The notes under the pieces: model-generated
Seen by the model: only the letters and a program-made list of their open reading frames with translations
The model's database searches: none
What the model was told of the DNA's origin: nothing
Part shown: one piece after another, positions 15,599 through 25,136 of the stretch
How the letters are laid out: each line of letters begins with the position of its first letter
Numbering within the stretch: position 1 is the stretch's first letter
Translations under genes and position numbers: made by a program
NCBI GenBank assembly: GCA_033761835.1
Contig: JANRME010000304.1
Location: 5,686 to 69,685 of the forward strand
Source of the DNA: Saprospiraceae bacterium
Lineage (GTDB): Bacteria; Bacteroidota; Bacteroidia; Chitinophagales; Saprospiraceae
Reading direction: 5' to 3'
DNA length: 64,000 nt

Positions 15599-16810
15599 AT
15601 GAATCTTCACGAATACCAAGGAAAAGAACTACTCAAGAGCTATGGCGTCGCCATTCAGGAAGGAATTCTGGCACATACGATGGAAGAAGCAGTGGCAGCC
15701 TACAATCAAATCCAGGAAAAAACGGGCAGCAATTTCGCAGTAGTCAAAGCCCAAATTCATGCGGGCGGCCGTGGCAAAGGTGGTGGTGTGAAAGTTGCCA
15801 AAAATCTGGATGGATTAAAAGAACACGCTGGCAATATTCTCGGTATGATGCTGAAAACGCCTCAAACCCCAGGCGGGATGGAAGGCCCGGGCAAACTGGT
15901 GCGCAAGGTCTTGATCGCCGAAGATGCTTATGTTCCGAATTTCGAATCCTGCAAAGAATTTTATATTTCGGTGCTGACCGACCGAGAAAGCAAGCGCAAT
16001 GTGATCATTTATTCTACCGAAGGCGGCATGGATATTGAAAAAGTGGCAGAAGAAACGCCGGATTTGGTGCATAAAGAATTTGTGCATCCGACCCTCGGTT
16101 TGCAAGGATTTCAGGCTCGAAAAATTGCATTTAATCTTGGTTTGAGCGGTGAAGCTTTCAAGCAAATGACCAAATTTGTTACTGCTTTGTATAAAGCTTT
16201 TGTAAGTTCTGATGCTTCCTTATTTGAGATCAATCCGGCTATGAAAAATGGCTTTGATCAAATCATCGCGGTGGATGCTAAGGTTGCATTAGATGATAAT
16301 GCTTTATACCGTCATCCTGACCTGGAGGCAATGCGTGATGAAGATGAAGAAGATCCGACTGATGTAGAAGCGCGTCAATACGATTTAAATTTTGTGAATT
16401 TGGATGGTAACGTGGGTTGTATGGTGAATGGCGCAGGACTTGCGATGGCTACAATGGACGTGATCAAACTCTCTGGTGGTGAGCCTGCGAATTTCTTGGA
16501 TGTGGGCGGTACGGCTGACGCCAAGCGCGTGGAAAATGCATTCCGCATTATCTTGAAAGACCTGAAAGTAAAGGCGATTCTGATCAATATTTTTGGTGGG
16601 ATCGTGCGTTGCGACCGCGTGGCGCAAGGGGTGATCGATGCTTACAAAAATATTGGCGACATTCCGGTGCCGATTATCGTGCGTTTGCAAGGAACGAATG
16701 CGGATATTGCCAAGCAAATGATTGATGAATCTGGTTTGAAAGTATATTCGGCTATTCTCTTGCAAGAAGCAGCAGATTTGGTGGCTAAGGTTTTACAAGA
16801 ATCCAATTAA
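15599..16810 (+). CDS. sucC: Succinate--CoA ligase (ADP-forming) beta subunit
   Basis: Hallmark N-terminus MNLHEYQGKELL, ATP-grasp region, and the C-terminal CoA-ligase block NGAGLAMATMD...GGEPANFLDVGG. Confidence 0.95.
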   Translation: MNLHEYQGKELLKSYGVAIQEGILAHTMEEAVAAYNQIQEKTGSNFAVVKAQIHAGGRGKGGGVKVAKNLDGLKEHAGNILGMMLKTPQTPGGMEGPGKLVRKVLIAEDAYVPNFESCKEFYISVLTDRESKRNVIIYSTEGGMDIEKVAEETPDLVHKEFVHPTLGLQGFQARKIAFNLGLSGEAFKQMTKFVTALYKAFVSSDASLFEINPAMKNGFDQIIAVDAKVALDDNALYRHPDLEAMRDEDEEDPTDVEARQYDLNFVNLDGNVGCMVNGAGLAMATMDVIKLSGGEPANFLDVGGTADAKRVENAFRIILKDLKVKAILINIFGGIVRCDRVAQGVIDAYKNIGDIPVPIIVRLQGTNADIAKQMIDESGLKVYSAILLQEAADLVAKVLQESN

Positions 16811-16855
16811 GAATATTATTACTTGTAATTCCCTGTATTTCAATTTAAAAAGAAG

Positions 16856-16894
16856 ATGGAGAAGAGTACGAATGGCTTTTCTCCATTTTTTTTT
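16856..16894 (+). terminator. Rho-independent terminator of sucC
   Basis: Stem atggagaa (16856-16863) with ttctccat (16879-16886), a 15-nt loop, and a run of 8 T (16887-16894). Confidence 0.7.
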
Positions 16895-16959
16895 CCTGAA
16901 AATTTTATCTTTGGTGGTGGCGCTTTTCCCATTTCAACCATCAACTTATCAACCTTACT

Positions 16960-18441
16960 ATGACATTTCAAGAATATAGAAAATATGATGCGCTTGGCTT
17001 AGCCAAATTGGTTCAGAAAAAAGAGATCACGCCATTAGAATTGGTGGAAATCGCCATCCAAAGAGCAGAAGCAGTAAATCCCAAAATCAACGCCATCATT
17101 TATAAAATGTACGATCAAGCTAAAGATATGGCGAAGCAAGCAGATATAAATGCGCCCTTTGCTGGTGTCCCATTTCTGATAAAGGATATTGGGATTCATA
17201 TCAAAAATGAACCTTTGACGCGTGGCTGTAAAGCCTGGAAGGGCTACAAATCCTCAGAAGATAGCTTGATCGTTGAAAAATATCGCCAAGGCGGGTTAAC
17301 ATTTTTAGGGCGTAGTAATTCCCCTGAATTTGGGCTTACACCTTATACAGAGCCCCAATTTTACGGCCCGGCATGCAATCCCTGGAATACCAACAAAACT
17401 GCCGGTGGCTCCAGTGGTGGTTCGGCAGCAGCTGTAGCGGCAGGCATTACGCCAATTGCTACGGCAAGCGATGGCGGCGGCTCGATTCGGATTCCGGCAG
17501 CCAATTGTGGTTTATTTGGCATCAAGCCAAGTCGTGGTAGAGTGAGTCTTGGCAATACACTTGGCGAATGGTGGAGCGGGGCAGTGGTAGAAGGTTGTGT
17601 GAGTCGCTCGGTGCGCGATAGCGCTGCTTTCCTCGACTTGATTCAAGGCAATGCGCCTGGCGATTTATACTTGGTAAAACCGCCGATTCGATCTTATTTG
17701 GAGGAAATTCAAACTTCACCGAAGCCTTTAAAAATTGGTTTTTCTACAAAGCATACTTTGGGGCATGGTATTGATTCTGAATGCATTGCAGCTGTAAAAC
17801 ACGCAGCCGGGCTTCTGGAAAGTCTTGGGCATCAAGTAGAGGAAGTAGAATTGCCGTTTAAGCCAGAAGATTTAACCGAGATTTTTTTAATGATGGTCAC
17901 CGCAGAAACGGCAGCGGATTTACAAGAATTATCTCAATATTTAAACAGAAGAGTACGCCCGTCCGACGTCGAAACTACAACATATGCATTGGGCTTGTTG
18001 GGTAGAACCTTTTCTGCCAAGGATTTTGTCGTGCAAAAACGCCGATGGAATGAAGTAGCGCGTAGGGTAGGGGCTTTCCATGAACAATATGATTTATTGC
18101 TAACTTCTACCGTGTCCATGCTACCTTTTGATATTGGTGCAATTCAACCAAGTACTGCTGAAATCACTTCTTTGAAAATGATCAACACATTAGGCTTGGG
18201 CGTTGTCTTAAAAGCAAGTGTTGGGCCGTTAGCAGAAAAAACATTTTCTTATATCCCTTATACCGCGATTGCCAATATGACTGGCCAGCCTTCGATGTCG
18301 GTACCTTTATATTGGACAAAAGATAATTTGCCGGTTGGTACAATGCTCAGTGCTGCCTTAGGTCGGGAGGATTTGTTGTTTCAATTAGCAGCTCAATTAG
18401 AGCAGGCGCAGCCCTGGTTTGATATAATGCCTGAGTTGTAA
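16960..18441 (+). CDS. Amidase-signature (AS) family amidase
   Basis: 493 aa. Contains the GGSSGGSAAAVAAG signature and the downstream DGGGSIRIPA block. Confidence 0.85.
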   Translation: MTFQEYRKYDALGLAKLVQKKEITPLELVEIAIQRAEAVNPKINAIIYKMYDQAKDMAKQADINAPFAGVPFLIKDIGIHIKNEPLTRGCKAWKGYKSSEDSLIVEKYRQGGLTFLGRSNSPEFGLTPYTEPQFYGPACNPWNTNKTAGGSSGGSAAAVAAGITPIATASDGGGSIRIPAANCGLFGIKPSRGRVSLGNTLGEWWSGAVVEGCVSRSVRDSAAFLDLIQGNAPGDLYLVKPPIRSYLEEIQTSPKPLKIGFSTKHTLGHGIDSECIAAVKHAAGLLESLGHQVEEVELPFKPEDLTEIFLMMVTAETAADLQELSQYLNRRVRPSDVETTTYALGLLGRTFSAKDFVVQKRRWNEVARRVGAFHEQYDLLLTSTVSMLPFDIGAIQPSTAEITSLKMINTLGLGVVLKASVGPLAEKTFSYIPYTAIANMTGQPSMSVPLYWTKDNLPVGTMLSAALGREDLLFQLAAQLEQAQPWFDIMPEL

Positions 18442-18460
18442 AAAGAAATTTTTATAAAAC

Positions 18461-18955
18461 TTAAAGCGGCAAAGCGGTTCTTAATCTTTTCAATATTTCA
18501 AAAGCAGCAGGACAAATTTCGGTGTTTTTTAAAGTCAAATTAGCAATTTGATAAATCTGTTTGCGGTCGGTATGCGGATATTCGCGGCAAGCCTTTGGGC
18601 GTGCTTCGTAAATCGAGCAATAATTATCAGCACCCAAAAATGGGCAAGGTGCGCCATTATGAACATAGTCGCCATCCTCATCTAAATGCAAATATTTTTC
18701 AACAAAAGCCGCCGGCCGCATTCCTAAATACTGCGCAATACGCTCGATGTCTTTATCCCGGAAAATAGGGCTGGTGGTCTTGCAGCAATTGGCACAAGCA
18801 AGGCAATCTATCTCTGAAAAAACTTCTTCGTGCAATTCGAGTACGGTTTCGTCCAAATGCTTGGGCTTTTTTTGAGCTAACTTTTGGAAATACTTTTTAT
18901 TGGTGGCTTGTTCTTCGCGGGCGCGGGCAGGAAGATTTTGAATAAGATTTTGCAA
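18461..18955 (-). CDS. YkgJ-family (UPF0153) cysteine-cluster protein
   Basis: 164 aa with CLACANCCKT (CxxCxxCC) and later conserved Cys residues (CPFL...YCSIYEARPKACREYP). Confidence 0.75.
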   Translation of the reverse strand: MQNLIQNLPARAREEQATNKKYFQKLAQKKPKHLDETVLELHEEVFSEIDCLACANCCKTTSPIFRDKDIERIAQYLGMRPAAFVEKYLHLDEDGDYVHNGAPCPFLGADNYCSIYEARPKACREYPHTDRKQIYQIANLTLKNTEICPAAFEILKRLRTALPL

Positions 18956-19046
18956 TACAAACGGTTTTTACTTTATAATAGCAAACAAAAGTACGTACAA
19001 CTTTCCTTATCTTGAAAATGTTCTATGGCATTATTCAAAAATCAAT

Positions 19047-19958
19047 ATGAACACCTTCGCCAAAACCATAGTAAACAAAGCGAAATCACCCTCCGCCCGG
19101 TTTCGTGGATTTTTAATCCTTGGATTTTTGAGTCTCGTATGGGGTACCTCTTTTATCCTGATCAAAAAATCGTTGGAAGTTTATTCTCCTGTGCAAGTCG
19201 CTTTGCTGCGCTTGGGTTTGTCAGGGTTGGCTTTCCTGCCTTTATTTTTATATCAAATTCGCAAAATTGACTGGAAACGCTGGTATTTCTTTGTGCTGGT
19301 AGGGCTTTGCGGCAGCGGCATTCCAGCGTTTTTATTTGCTTTTGCGCAAATGCATATCAGTAGCTCGGTTGCCGGGATATTAAATTCATTAACGCCGTTA
19401 TTTACTTTATTAATAGGTATTATCATATTTCGTGCAAAATTACTTTGGGCGAAAGTAGTTGGAGTATTGCTGGGCTTAGTCGGAGCGGCGATGCTGATCT
19501 TATTCAGTAATGGTAATAATTTTCAAGGTGATGTAGGTTATAGTTTATTAATCATATTGGCGGCGATGTGCTATGCGACCAGCACCAATATCGTAGGAAA
19601 TAAATTGCGCGACGTCAAGTCATTGATTGTCAGTACTTTTGCCTTTGCTTCTGTTGGAATTCCTTCCTTTTTAATTTTGATTACGAACACCGATTTCCTC
19701 CACGTTTTGACTACACATCCGCAGGGATTAATAGGGCTTGGTTATGTTGGTTTTTTAGCCTTGGTGGGTACAGTGCTGGCGACTATCATTTTCTTCAAAT
19801 TGATTCAAGATACCAATCCTGTTTTTGCTTCTACGGTCGCTTATATCATGCCGATTGTCGCCTTGCTTTGGGGCTTGCTAGACGGCGAAACCATTGGATT
19901 ATATCACCTCTTGGGTATGGGACTTATCTTGCTTGGTGTGTATTTGAGTAGAAAATAG
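19047..19958 (+). CDS. EamA/DMT-family transporter
   Basis: 303 aa with about 10 hydrophobic helices arranged as two EamA-like halves. Confidence 0.75.
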   Translation: MNTFAKTIVNKAKSPSARFRGFLILGFLSLVWGTSFILIKKSLEVYSPVQVALLRLGLSGLAFLPLFLYQIRKIDWKRWYFFVLVGLCGSGIPAFLFAFAQMHISSSVAGILNSLTPLFTLLIGIIIFRAKLLWAKVVGVLLGLVGAAMLILFSNGNNFQGDVGYSLLIILAAMCYATSTNIVGNKLRDVKSLIVSTFAFASVGIPSFLILITNTDFLHVLTTHPQGLIGLGYVGFLALVGTVLATIIFFKLIQDTNPVFASTVAYIMPIVALLWGLLDGETIGLYHLLGMGLILLGVYLSRK

Positions 19959-19989
19959 AATCATTTTTCCAACATTTATCTGCTAAGAC

Positions 19990-20020
19990 TTGACAAAGCT
20001 TGTCAATAGCTGTATTTTTG
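19990..20020 (+). terminator. Candidate terminator after the DMT transporter gene
   Basis: ttgacaa (19990-19996), agc loop, ttgtcaa (20000-20006). A T5 run (20015-20019) lies 8 nt downstream. Confidence 0.35.
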
Positions 20021-20060
20021 AATGTTCTTATATTTCAGAATTTACTGAAAAAAATGAAGA

Positions 20061-20630
20061 ATGATTTCTTTATACATTCCTTCAAATGATCAGATAAGAG
20101 ATTTTTTAAAGAAACAAGAAATTTTGACCTTTACTTATCATGAAATAGGTAAAACCAGCATTCAAACTCGAATACAATCTTATGATAATGATTATTTGAA
20201 AGTCAAGATAGGAACAGGAGAAGAGGACTTTCAAAAAGCGATAGCTGCCATCCAGGATTGGCGGATGTTTCCAGGAAAATGGACAAGGATTTTACTTGAA
20301 GAAATGCCTGTTTTGGAAGGAGTCTGTGTCGCAATGTTTGCTCACTTTGCAGGAATTTGGTGGCGTAACGCTTGCCGAATAGTTTATGTAATAAATGAGC
20401 CTAAACGCTATGGCTTTGCTTATGGTACTTTGCCAGCACATATTGAATCAGGGGAGGAGTTATTTCTGGTATCTAAAGACGAAAAAGGAATTGTGTGGTA
20501 CGAAATTCGAGCATTCTCCAGACCCAGACATTGGATTGCAAAGGTGAGCTATCCTATCATCAGATTGCTTCAAGCGCAATTTCGACGAGATTCGGCCAGA
20601 CAAATGGAAAAGATTTTAAAAAATAACTGA
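20061..20630 (+). CDS. DUF1990-like protein
   Basis: 189 aa. The block YGFAYGTLPAHIESGEELF matches the conserved DUF1990 core as I recall it. Confidence 0.55.
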   Translation: MISLYIPSNDQIRDFLKKQEILTFTYHEIGKTSIQTRIQSYDNDYLKVKIGTGEEDFQKAIAAIQDWRMFPGKWTRILLEEMPVLEGVCVAMFAHFAGIWWRNACRIVYVINEPKRYGFAYGTLPAHIESGEELFLVSKDEKGIVWYEIRAFSRPRHWIAKVSYPIIRLLQAQFRRDSARQMEKILKNN

Positions 20631-21538
20631 TGCGTGTTCAATCCTGGCATATTGGTTTGTTTATTTGGTTGCTTATTTTGATTGTTCAACCCAGCGGACT
20701 ATTTTATGAATGGTGGGCGCGCTTACTTTTGTTATTGGCGGCATTGGTCTGGATTCCCTTAGCATTTTCTTTACCGATTCTCAAAAATGAAAATTTTTTA
20801 TTACAAATCGGGATGTTACCTTCTGCCATATTATTAGTGGTATCTATGCTTTTGCCAAAAAACTATTGGGCTTTCATCTGCGCTATTCCTTGGTTTTTGA
20901 TTACTTTTTTAATATTTATAAATGGTTTAAAAGATTTATTTCAAATAAAAAAATGGACAGCATCCATAATTGCTATTAATTTAGGACAAGTATTTTTAAT
21001 TATTGGTGGAGCTTGGTTACTCGCAGATCGATTTGATTTCCAACCAGTTAGTTTTTCTCCTGATATTGTTTTACTCACGAGTATTCATTTTCATTATGCA
21101 GGTTTTATATTTCCTTTATTGGCAGGACTTGCTGCCCAGAAGCAGAATTCTGAGGCACTTAACCTGGGAAGCACCTTAGCGATTATTGCTATTCCAATGA
21201 CTGCGATAGGGATCACGATTTCACATTTACATTCTATTTATCATTTTGAATTAATAGCAGCGGTAGCAGTCGTTATAGCCGGATGGTGTGTCGCAATTGG
21301 ATACTTTGAAATAATTGTAAAAAATAAATTACCTCTTATTACTAGAATGCTTTGGTTTATTATGTCTATTACATTATTAATAAGTATGACCTTAGCTTTT
21401 TTATATGCAATTCGTTTTTATTATGTAATAGATTGGCTATCAATTCCAGCAATGAGAGCATTTCATGGTACACTAAATGCAATTGTGGTAAGTGGATGCG
21501 GATTATTGGGTTGGCGGTTTTATAAAAATGAATTTTAA
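20630..21538 (+). CDS. YndJ-like polytopic membrane protein
   Basis: 302 aa with about 9-10 TM segments. Its ATG overlaps the TGA of the preceding gene (ctgATGcg at 20627-20632). The YndJ assignment is a recollection only. Confidence 0.45.
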   Translation: MRVQSWHIGLFIWLLILIVQPSGLFYEWWARLLLLLAALVWIPLAFSLPILKNENFLLQIGMLPSAILLVVSMLLPKNYWAFICAIPWFLITFLIFINGLKDLFQIKKWTASIIAINLGQVFLIIGGAWLLADRFDFQPVSFSPDIVLLTSIHFHYAGFIFPLLAGLAAQKQNSEALNLGSTLAIIAIPMTAIGITISHLHSIYHFELIAAVAVVIAGWCVAIGYFEIIVKNKLPLITRMLWFIMSITLLISMTLAFLYAIRFYYVIDWLSIPAMRAFHGTLNAIVVSGCGLLGWRFYKNEF

Positions 21539-21543
21539 TAATA

Positions 21544-22062
21544 TCATTCTTCCTTAAACCAACCCGCATACTTGATATAAGCATTGGCAATGCGTTCAAT
21601 CGTATCTTTGAATTGTGCTTCGCTGATGGCTTTTACTTTTTTGGCGGGTACGCCAGCATAAATATGTCCAGATTCGCAATGTGTATTTTCCAAAATAACT
21701 GCTCCAGCAGCGATTAAAACATTGCTTTCGACTATCGCGTGGTCCATCACAATAGCACCCATCCCGATCAGCACATTATCATGCAAAGTGCAGCCATGCA
21801 CAAGCGCCCTGTGCCCGATGGAAACATTATTCCCAATGGTCGTAGCGGCCCGCTCAAAAGTACCGTGAATGATGGCTCCGTCCTGGATATTAACTTTATT
21901 TCCAATACGTATGCTATTTACATCGCCACGTACGACCGCCTGAAACCAAACACTACAATCATCGCCCATGATCAAATCGCCAATCAGTGTGGCATTTTCA
22001 GCGAAAAAACAATTGCTTCCGTATTGAGGTGTAAACCCGCGAACACTTTTGATCAGAGCCAT
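21544..22062 (-). CDS. Gamma-carbonic-anhydrase-like / hexapeptide-repeat protein (YrdA/PaaY type)
   Basis: 172 aa. Left-handed beta-helix hexapeptide repeats, with the N-terminal pattern typical of the gamma-CA family (...TPQYGSNCFFAENATLIGDLIMGDDCSVWFQAVVRGDVN.IRIG). Confidence 0.8.
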   Translation of the reverse strand: MALIKSVRGFTPQYGSNCFFAENATLIGDLIMGDDCSVWFQAVVRGDVNSIRIGNKVNIQDGAIIHGTFERAATTIGNNVSIGHRALVHGCTLHDNVLIGMGAIVMDHAIVESNVLIAAGAVILENTHCESGHIYAGVPAKKVKAISEAQFKDTIERIANAYIKYAGWFKEE

Positions 22063-22083
22063 TTTTGATGAATTAGAAATTGA

Positions 22084-22602
22084 TTATTGGAAATTAGTTG
22101 TTGGATATTGGTTGATATGAACTTCATATTTTTCTTCTTGAACGGTGCGACCCCACATCGTCGTTTCTTTTTGGAAAATATTGACAAAACCAAAAGATTC
22201 GTAGAGTTTAATGGCAACCGTTTGTTCGCTAATAGTTTGTAATATTACAGATGTATAACCTGCTGTTTTACAGAAATCCATGGCTGATTGCATCAGGCGT
22301 TTGCCAAGCCCCAAACCACGCAAATCCGGCGAAAGCAAGAACCACCTAAGCTGTGCCTGGGTTTCAGAAATATTTACAATGGCAATACTGCCCTTTACCA
22401 TATCGTCTTTCTCCACTAACCAAATGCGTTCTCGCGCATTCATATTTTTGATAAAATGCGATAAAGGCTCCGCTACATAAGCATCGAAGGTATAATCGAA
22501 GCCACGTTCCTGTCCATATAGCACCCCGTGCCAATAGACAATAGCGCCTATATCGCCGGGCTTGAGTTCATTGCGGATGACGACGTCTTGACCTGGATTC
22601 AT
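22084..22602 (-). CDS. GNAT-family N-acetyltransferase
   Basis: 172 aa. Acetyl-CoA binding block LLSPDLRGLGLGKRLMQSAMDFCK (R/Q-x-x-G-x-G/A). Confidence 0.8.
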   Translation of the reverse strand: MNPGQDVVIRNELKPGDIGAIVYWHGVLYGQERGFDYTFDAYVAEPLSHFIKNMNARERIWLVEKDDMVKGSIAIVNISETQAQLRWFLLSPDLRGLGLGKRLMQSAMDFCKTAGYTSVILQTISEQTVAIKLYESFGFVNIFQKETTMWGRTVQEEKYEVHINQYPTTNFQ

Positions 22603-22735
22603 GTACTACTTTTGTACTTTCAAACATAGCGATTTTCTGTGAATTCAAAGCATTCATTTACAAAACCAATGACTTTGGTCATTTCAATTTAACTATACAA
22701 TAATTAATATTGAAAATACAAGAAAAGTGAAAATT

Positions 22736-23155
22736 ATGAAAAAACAAACAGGAATATGGATCGATTCGCGGGAAGCGATTGTGGTTCAATTGAATAAAAA
22801 AGATGCTATGGTTTTACGTATCGAGTCCGAAATCGAAAATTTCAACGTTGTAGGCGGTTCCCGCTCAAAGACAGAATGGGGCCCACGCGAAGAAGTATCG
22901 GAAAGCAAATATGTAGAGCGCCGCAAACACCAGGAAAAGGATTATTTCGAACAGGTAATGGAAGCAGTAAATGAAGCCGATGAATTGTACATCTTCGGCC
23001 CAGCCGAGGCCAAGACCCGTTTAGCGAAAATCATAGAAGCGAGCAATACGTTCCATCCGAAATTGCTAAATATCGAAACCGCTGATAGCATGACCGAAAA
23101 CCAGATTGTCGCACAAGTAAAAGCATTTTTTGAATCTATTGGTAACGAAAATTGA
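22736..23155 (+). CDS. Hypothetical protein, first gene of the stress cluster
   Basis: 139 aa counted from the ATG at 22736 (the listed ORF begins at a GTG at 22727). I cannot assign a family. The N-terminal pattern (GIWIDSREAIVV) and LYIFGPAEAK loosely recall host-attachment/eRF1-like small proteins. Confidence 0.5.
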   Translation: MKKQTGIWIDSREAIVVQLNKKDAMVLRIESEIENFNVVGGSRSKTEWGPREEVSESKYVERRKHQEKDYFEQVMEAVNEADELYIFGPAEAKTRLAKIIEASNTFHPKLLNIETADSMTENQIVAQVKAFFESIGNEN

Positions 23156-23259
23156 TAAAAATCAAGCGATTAGATGACAAACAACACTTCGTGTACCAAC
23201 GATTATGGACAATTTGGCAATGATTTCAAAGCTATTCAGTATAACCTAAAAACAAAGCC

Positions 23260-23706
23260 ATGTTACGAGCTAAAATTAGAAACAGAGCCTTTGATCGAAT
23301 GGGAGAAAATTTTGCTCATTTGATTGACCCCGATCACTTTTTGGGTAGAACTGCCTTTGATATTCCGTATCACAAAGAGATGCCTCCTGCTAATATTCGA
23401 AAGGAAGGTAAAATTTTTGAATTGGAATTGGCGGTGCCAGGCTTCACAAAAGACGAACTGGAAGTGATCGTAAAAGATGGCGTTTTGACTATTCGTGGAG
23501 AACGCAGTAGATCAGAGCATTCAGAAACCTCCCAATACATCCTGGAAGAATTTAATTACAATTCATTCGAGCGCTCTTTTCGCTTGGCTGAGAATGTGGC
23601 ACAGGAAGATATTGTTGCCAAGTACGAAAATGGCTTACTCAAACTGACTTTTATTGACGTACCGGAAGAAGAAGAACGCAATTATCGGAAAGTCAAAGTA
23701 GAATAG
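23260..23706 (+). CDS. Hsp20/alpha-crystallin small heat-shock protein
   Basis: Alpha-crystallin domain: FELELAVPGFTKDELEVIVKDGVLTIRGER ... FERSFRLAENV...AKYENGLLKLTF. Confidence 0.9.
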   Translation: MLRAKIRNRAFDRMGENFAHLIDPDHFLGRTAFDIPYHKEMPPANIRKEGKIFELELAVPGFTKDELEVIVKDGVLTIRGERSRSEHSETSQYILEEFNYNSFERSFRLAENVAQEDIVAKYENGLLKLTFIDVPEEEERNYRKVKVE

Positions 23707-23707
23707 T

Positions 23708-24028
23708 ATGAAACTAAGATGGTTATTGACCATGATGAATTTGTTTGGAACATTTGACATCAGAGATGCCATGCGGTCAGGAGCCGTTATTGTTGATGTG
23801 CGAACGGAGGCGGAGTATGTCGGGTTTCACATCAAAGGTGCGTTCAATATTCCTTACGATGAGATTGAAAAAAGCATCGAAACAATTCAATCGTGGCACA
23901 AACCAATTATTGTTTACAGCACTTATGGCTTGCGCGGCAGGCTTGCTGCTAAAAAACTGCGCAAATATGGCATTGCAGTATGGCCCAGCACCCGCGACCA
24001 ATTGTGTGAACTCTTGGCTTCTACCTGA
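23708..24028 (+). CDS. Rhodanese-homology domain protein, active-site Cys replaced by Ser
   Basis: Contains VIVDVRTEAEYVGFHIKGAFNIP and the loop IIVYSTYGLRGR. The position normally occupied by the catalytic Cys (YCxxGxR) is Ser71 (AGC at 23918-23920). Confidence 0.75.
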   Translation: MKLRWLLTMMNLFGTFDIRDAMRSGAVIVDVRTEAEYVGFHIKGAFNIPYDEIEKSIETIQSWHKPIIVYSTYGLRGRLAAKKLRKYGIAVWPSTRDQLCELLAST

Positions 24029-24115
24029 TATTTTATTGCGCCAATCCTGGCATGTTACACTTGTATTTGATTTTTAATATTTTGCTAAATGGTAAATGAT
24101 TAATTATCAATAATT

Positions 24116-25006
24116 ATGACACCACGTAAATTTCGCCGAATTCTGCTTGCCCTTGATTTGTCGGAGATGGACAAAACACTGCTGCGCTACATTGCTGAGA
24201 TGCACCAGGTGTTGGGTGCTGAAAAAATTTACTTCCTGCATATCATGCCAGACTTTACTGCTCCTAAAAACATAGATGTCGATTTTCATAAATTGTTTTC
24301 ATCAGAATACCCAGTAGATGAGAAAGTAAGGGATAAAATTGCCTTGGATGTGCAAGAATTTTTTGGGAACTCAAGAGATGTAGAATTGACAGTGGAAGTG
24401 GTAGAAGGCAGACCTTATGATAAACTATTGCACTGGATTGAGGTCAAGGAAATAGATTTGTTGGTTGTTGGACACAAAATGGCCAGCCAAGGAAGTGGCA
24501 TTATGCCTCGACGCGTAGCTCGCCGTGCCAAATGCAGTATTTTATTTGTATCGGAAAAACCGAGCATACCCAACCATGTATTGGTGCCGATAGATTTCTC
24601 TGATAACTCCGTTCGGGCTTTGCAATTTGCAGTACAACTCGATCACAATTTGCCGGATGCAAGCGTCACCGCCTTGCACGTTGTAGAGGCCCCTCCCGAA
24701 AAATATTATATGCGGACCACTCCAGTGAGCGGCTTTAGAGCTATGCTGACCGAAGCTGCTAAAAAGGCTTATCATAAGATGATCGAAGATAATGGATTAA
24801 CGGATAATGCTATTAATGCAGCTTTTTTGGAAGATGATTACATCAGCATTACTACACGGATTACGGATTTTATAGATAATAATTTGGTTGATTTGGTGGT
24901 GATTGGCGCACAAGGGCATACTGCTTTTGAACATTTTATTTACGGCAGTGTAACCGAGAAACTGGTAGAGCAATGCGAAAAAAAACCAATTCTTGTGATC
25001 AGATAA
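24116..25006 (+). CDS. Universal stress protein with tandem Usp domains
   Basis: 296 aa. Two Usp-like halves each end in a G-x-x-G ... ATP-binding-like block (LLVVGHKMASQGSG...; LVVIGAQGHTAFEHFIYGSVTEKLV). Confidence 0.8.
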   Translation: MTPRKFRRILLALDLSEMDKTLLRYIAEMHQVLGAEKIYFLHIMPDFTAPKNIDVDFHKLFSSEYPVDEKVRDKIALDVQEFFGNSRDVELTVEVVEGRPYDKLLHWIEVKEIDLLVVGHKMASQGSGIMPRRVARRAKCSILFVSEKPSIPNHVLVPIDFSDNSVRALQFAVQLDHNLPDASVTALHVVEAPPEKYYMRTTPVSGFRAMLTEAAKKAYHKMIEDNGLTDNAINAAFLEDDYISITTRITDFIDNNLVDLVVIGAQGHTAFEHFIYGSVTEKLVEQCEKKPILVIR

Positions 25007-25057
25007 AGTCTTTACGCATTCAATTAACTCTAAAAAGATATTTTGAGAAAAATTAAA

Positions 25058-25092
25058 GCCATTCTCGATTCCGAGAATGGCTCTTTTGTTTT
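25058..25092. terminator. Bidirectional rho-independent terminator between usp and the convergent lipoprotein gene
   Basis: Stem gccattctcg (25058-25067) with cgagaatggc (25072-25081) and a 4-nt loop, followed by tcttttgttttc. The upstream flank aattaaa supplies a T-rich tract on the other strand. Confidence 0.8.
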
Positions 25093-25136
25093 CTGGTTTT
25101 TGAAGCTTAAATTTTCCGACTTCGTACTTCGAAAGA

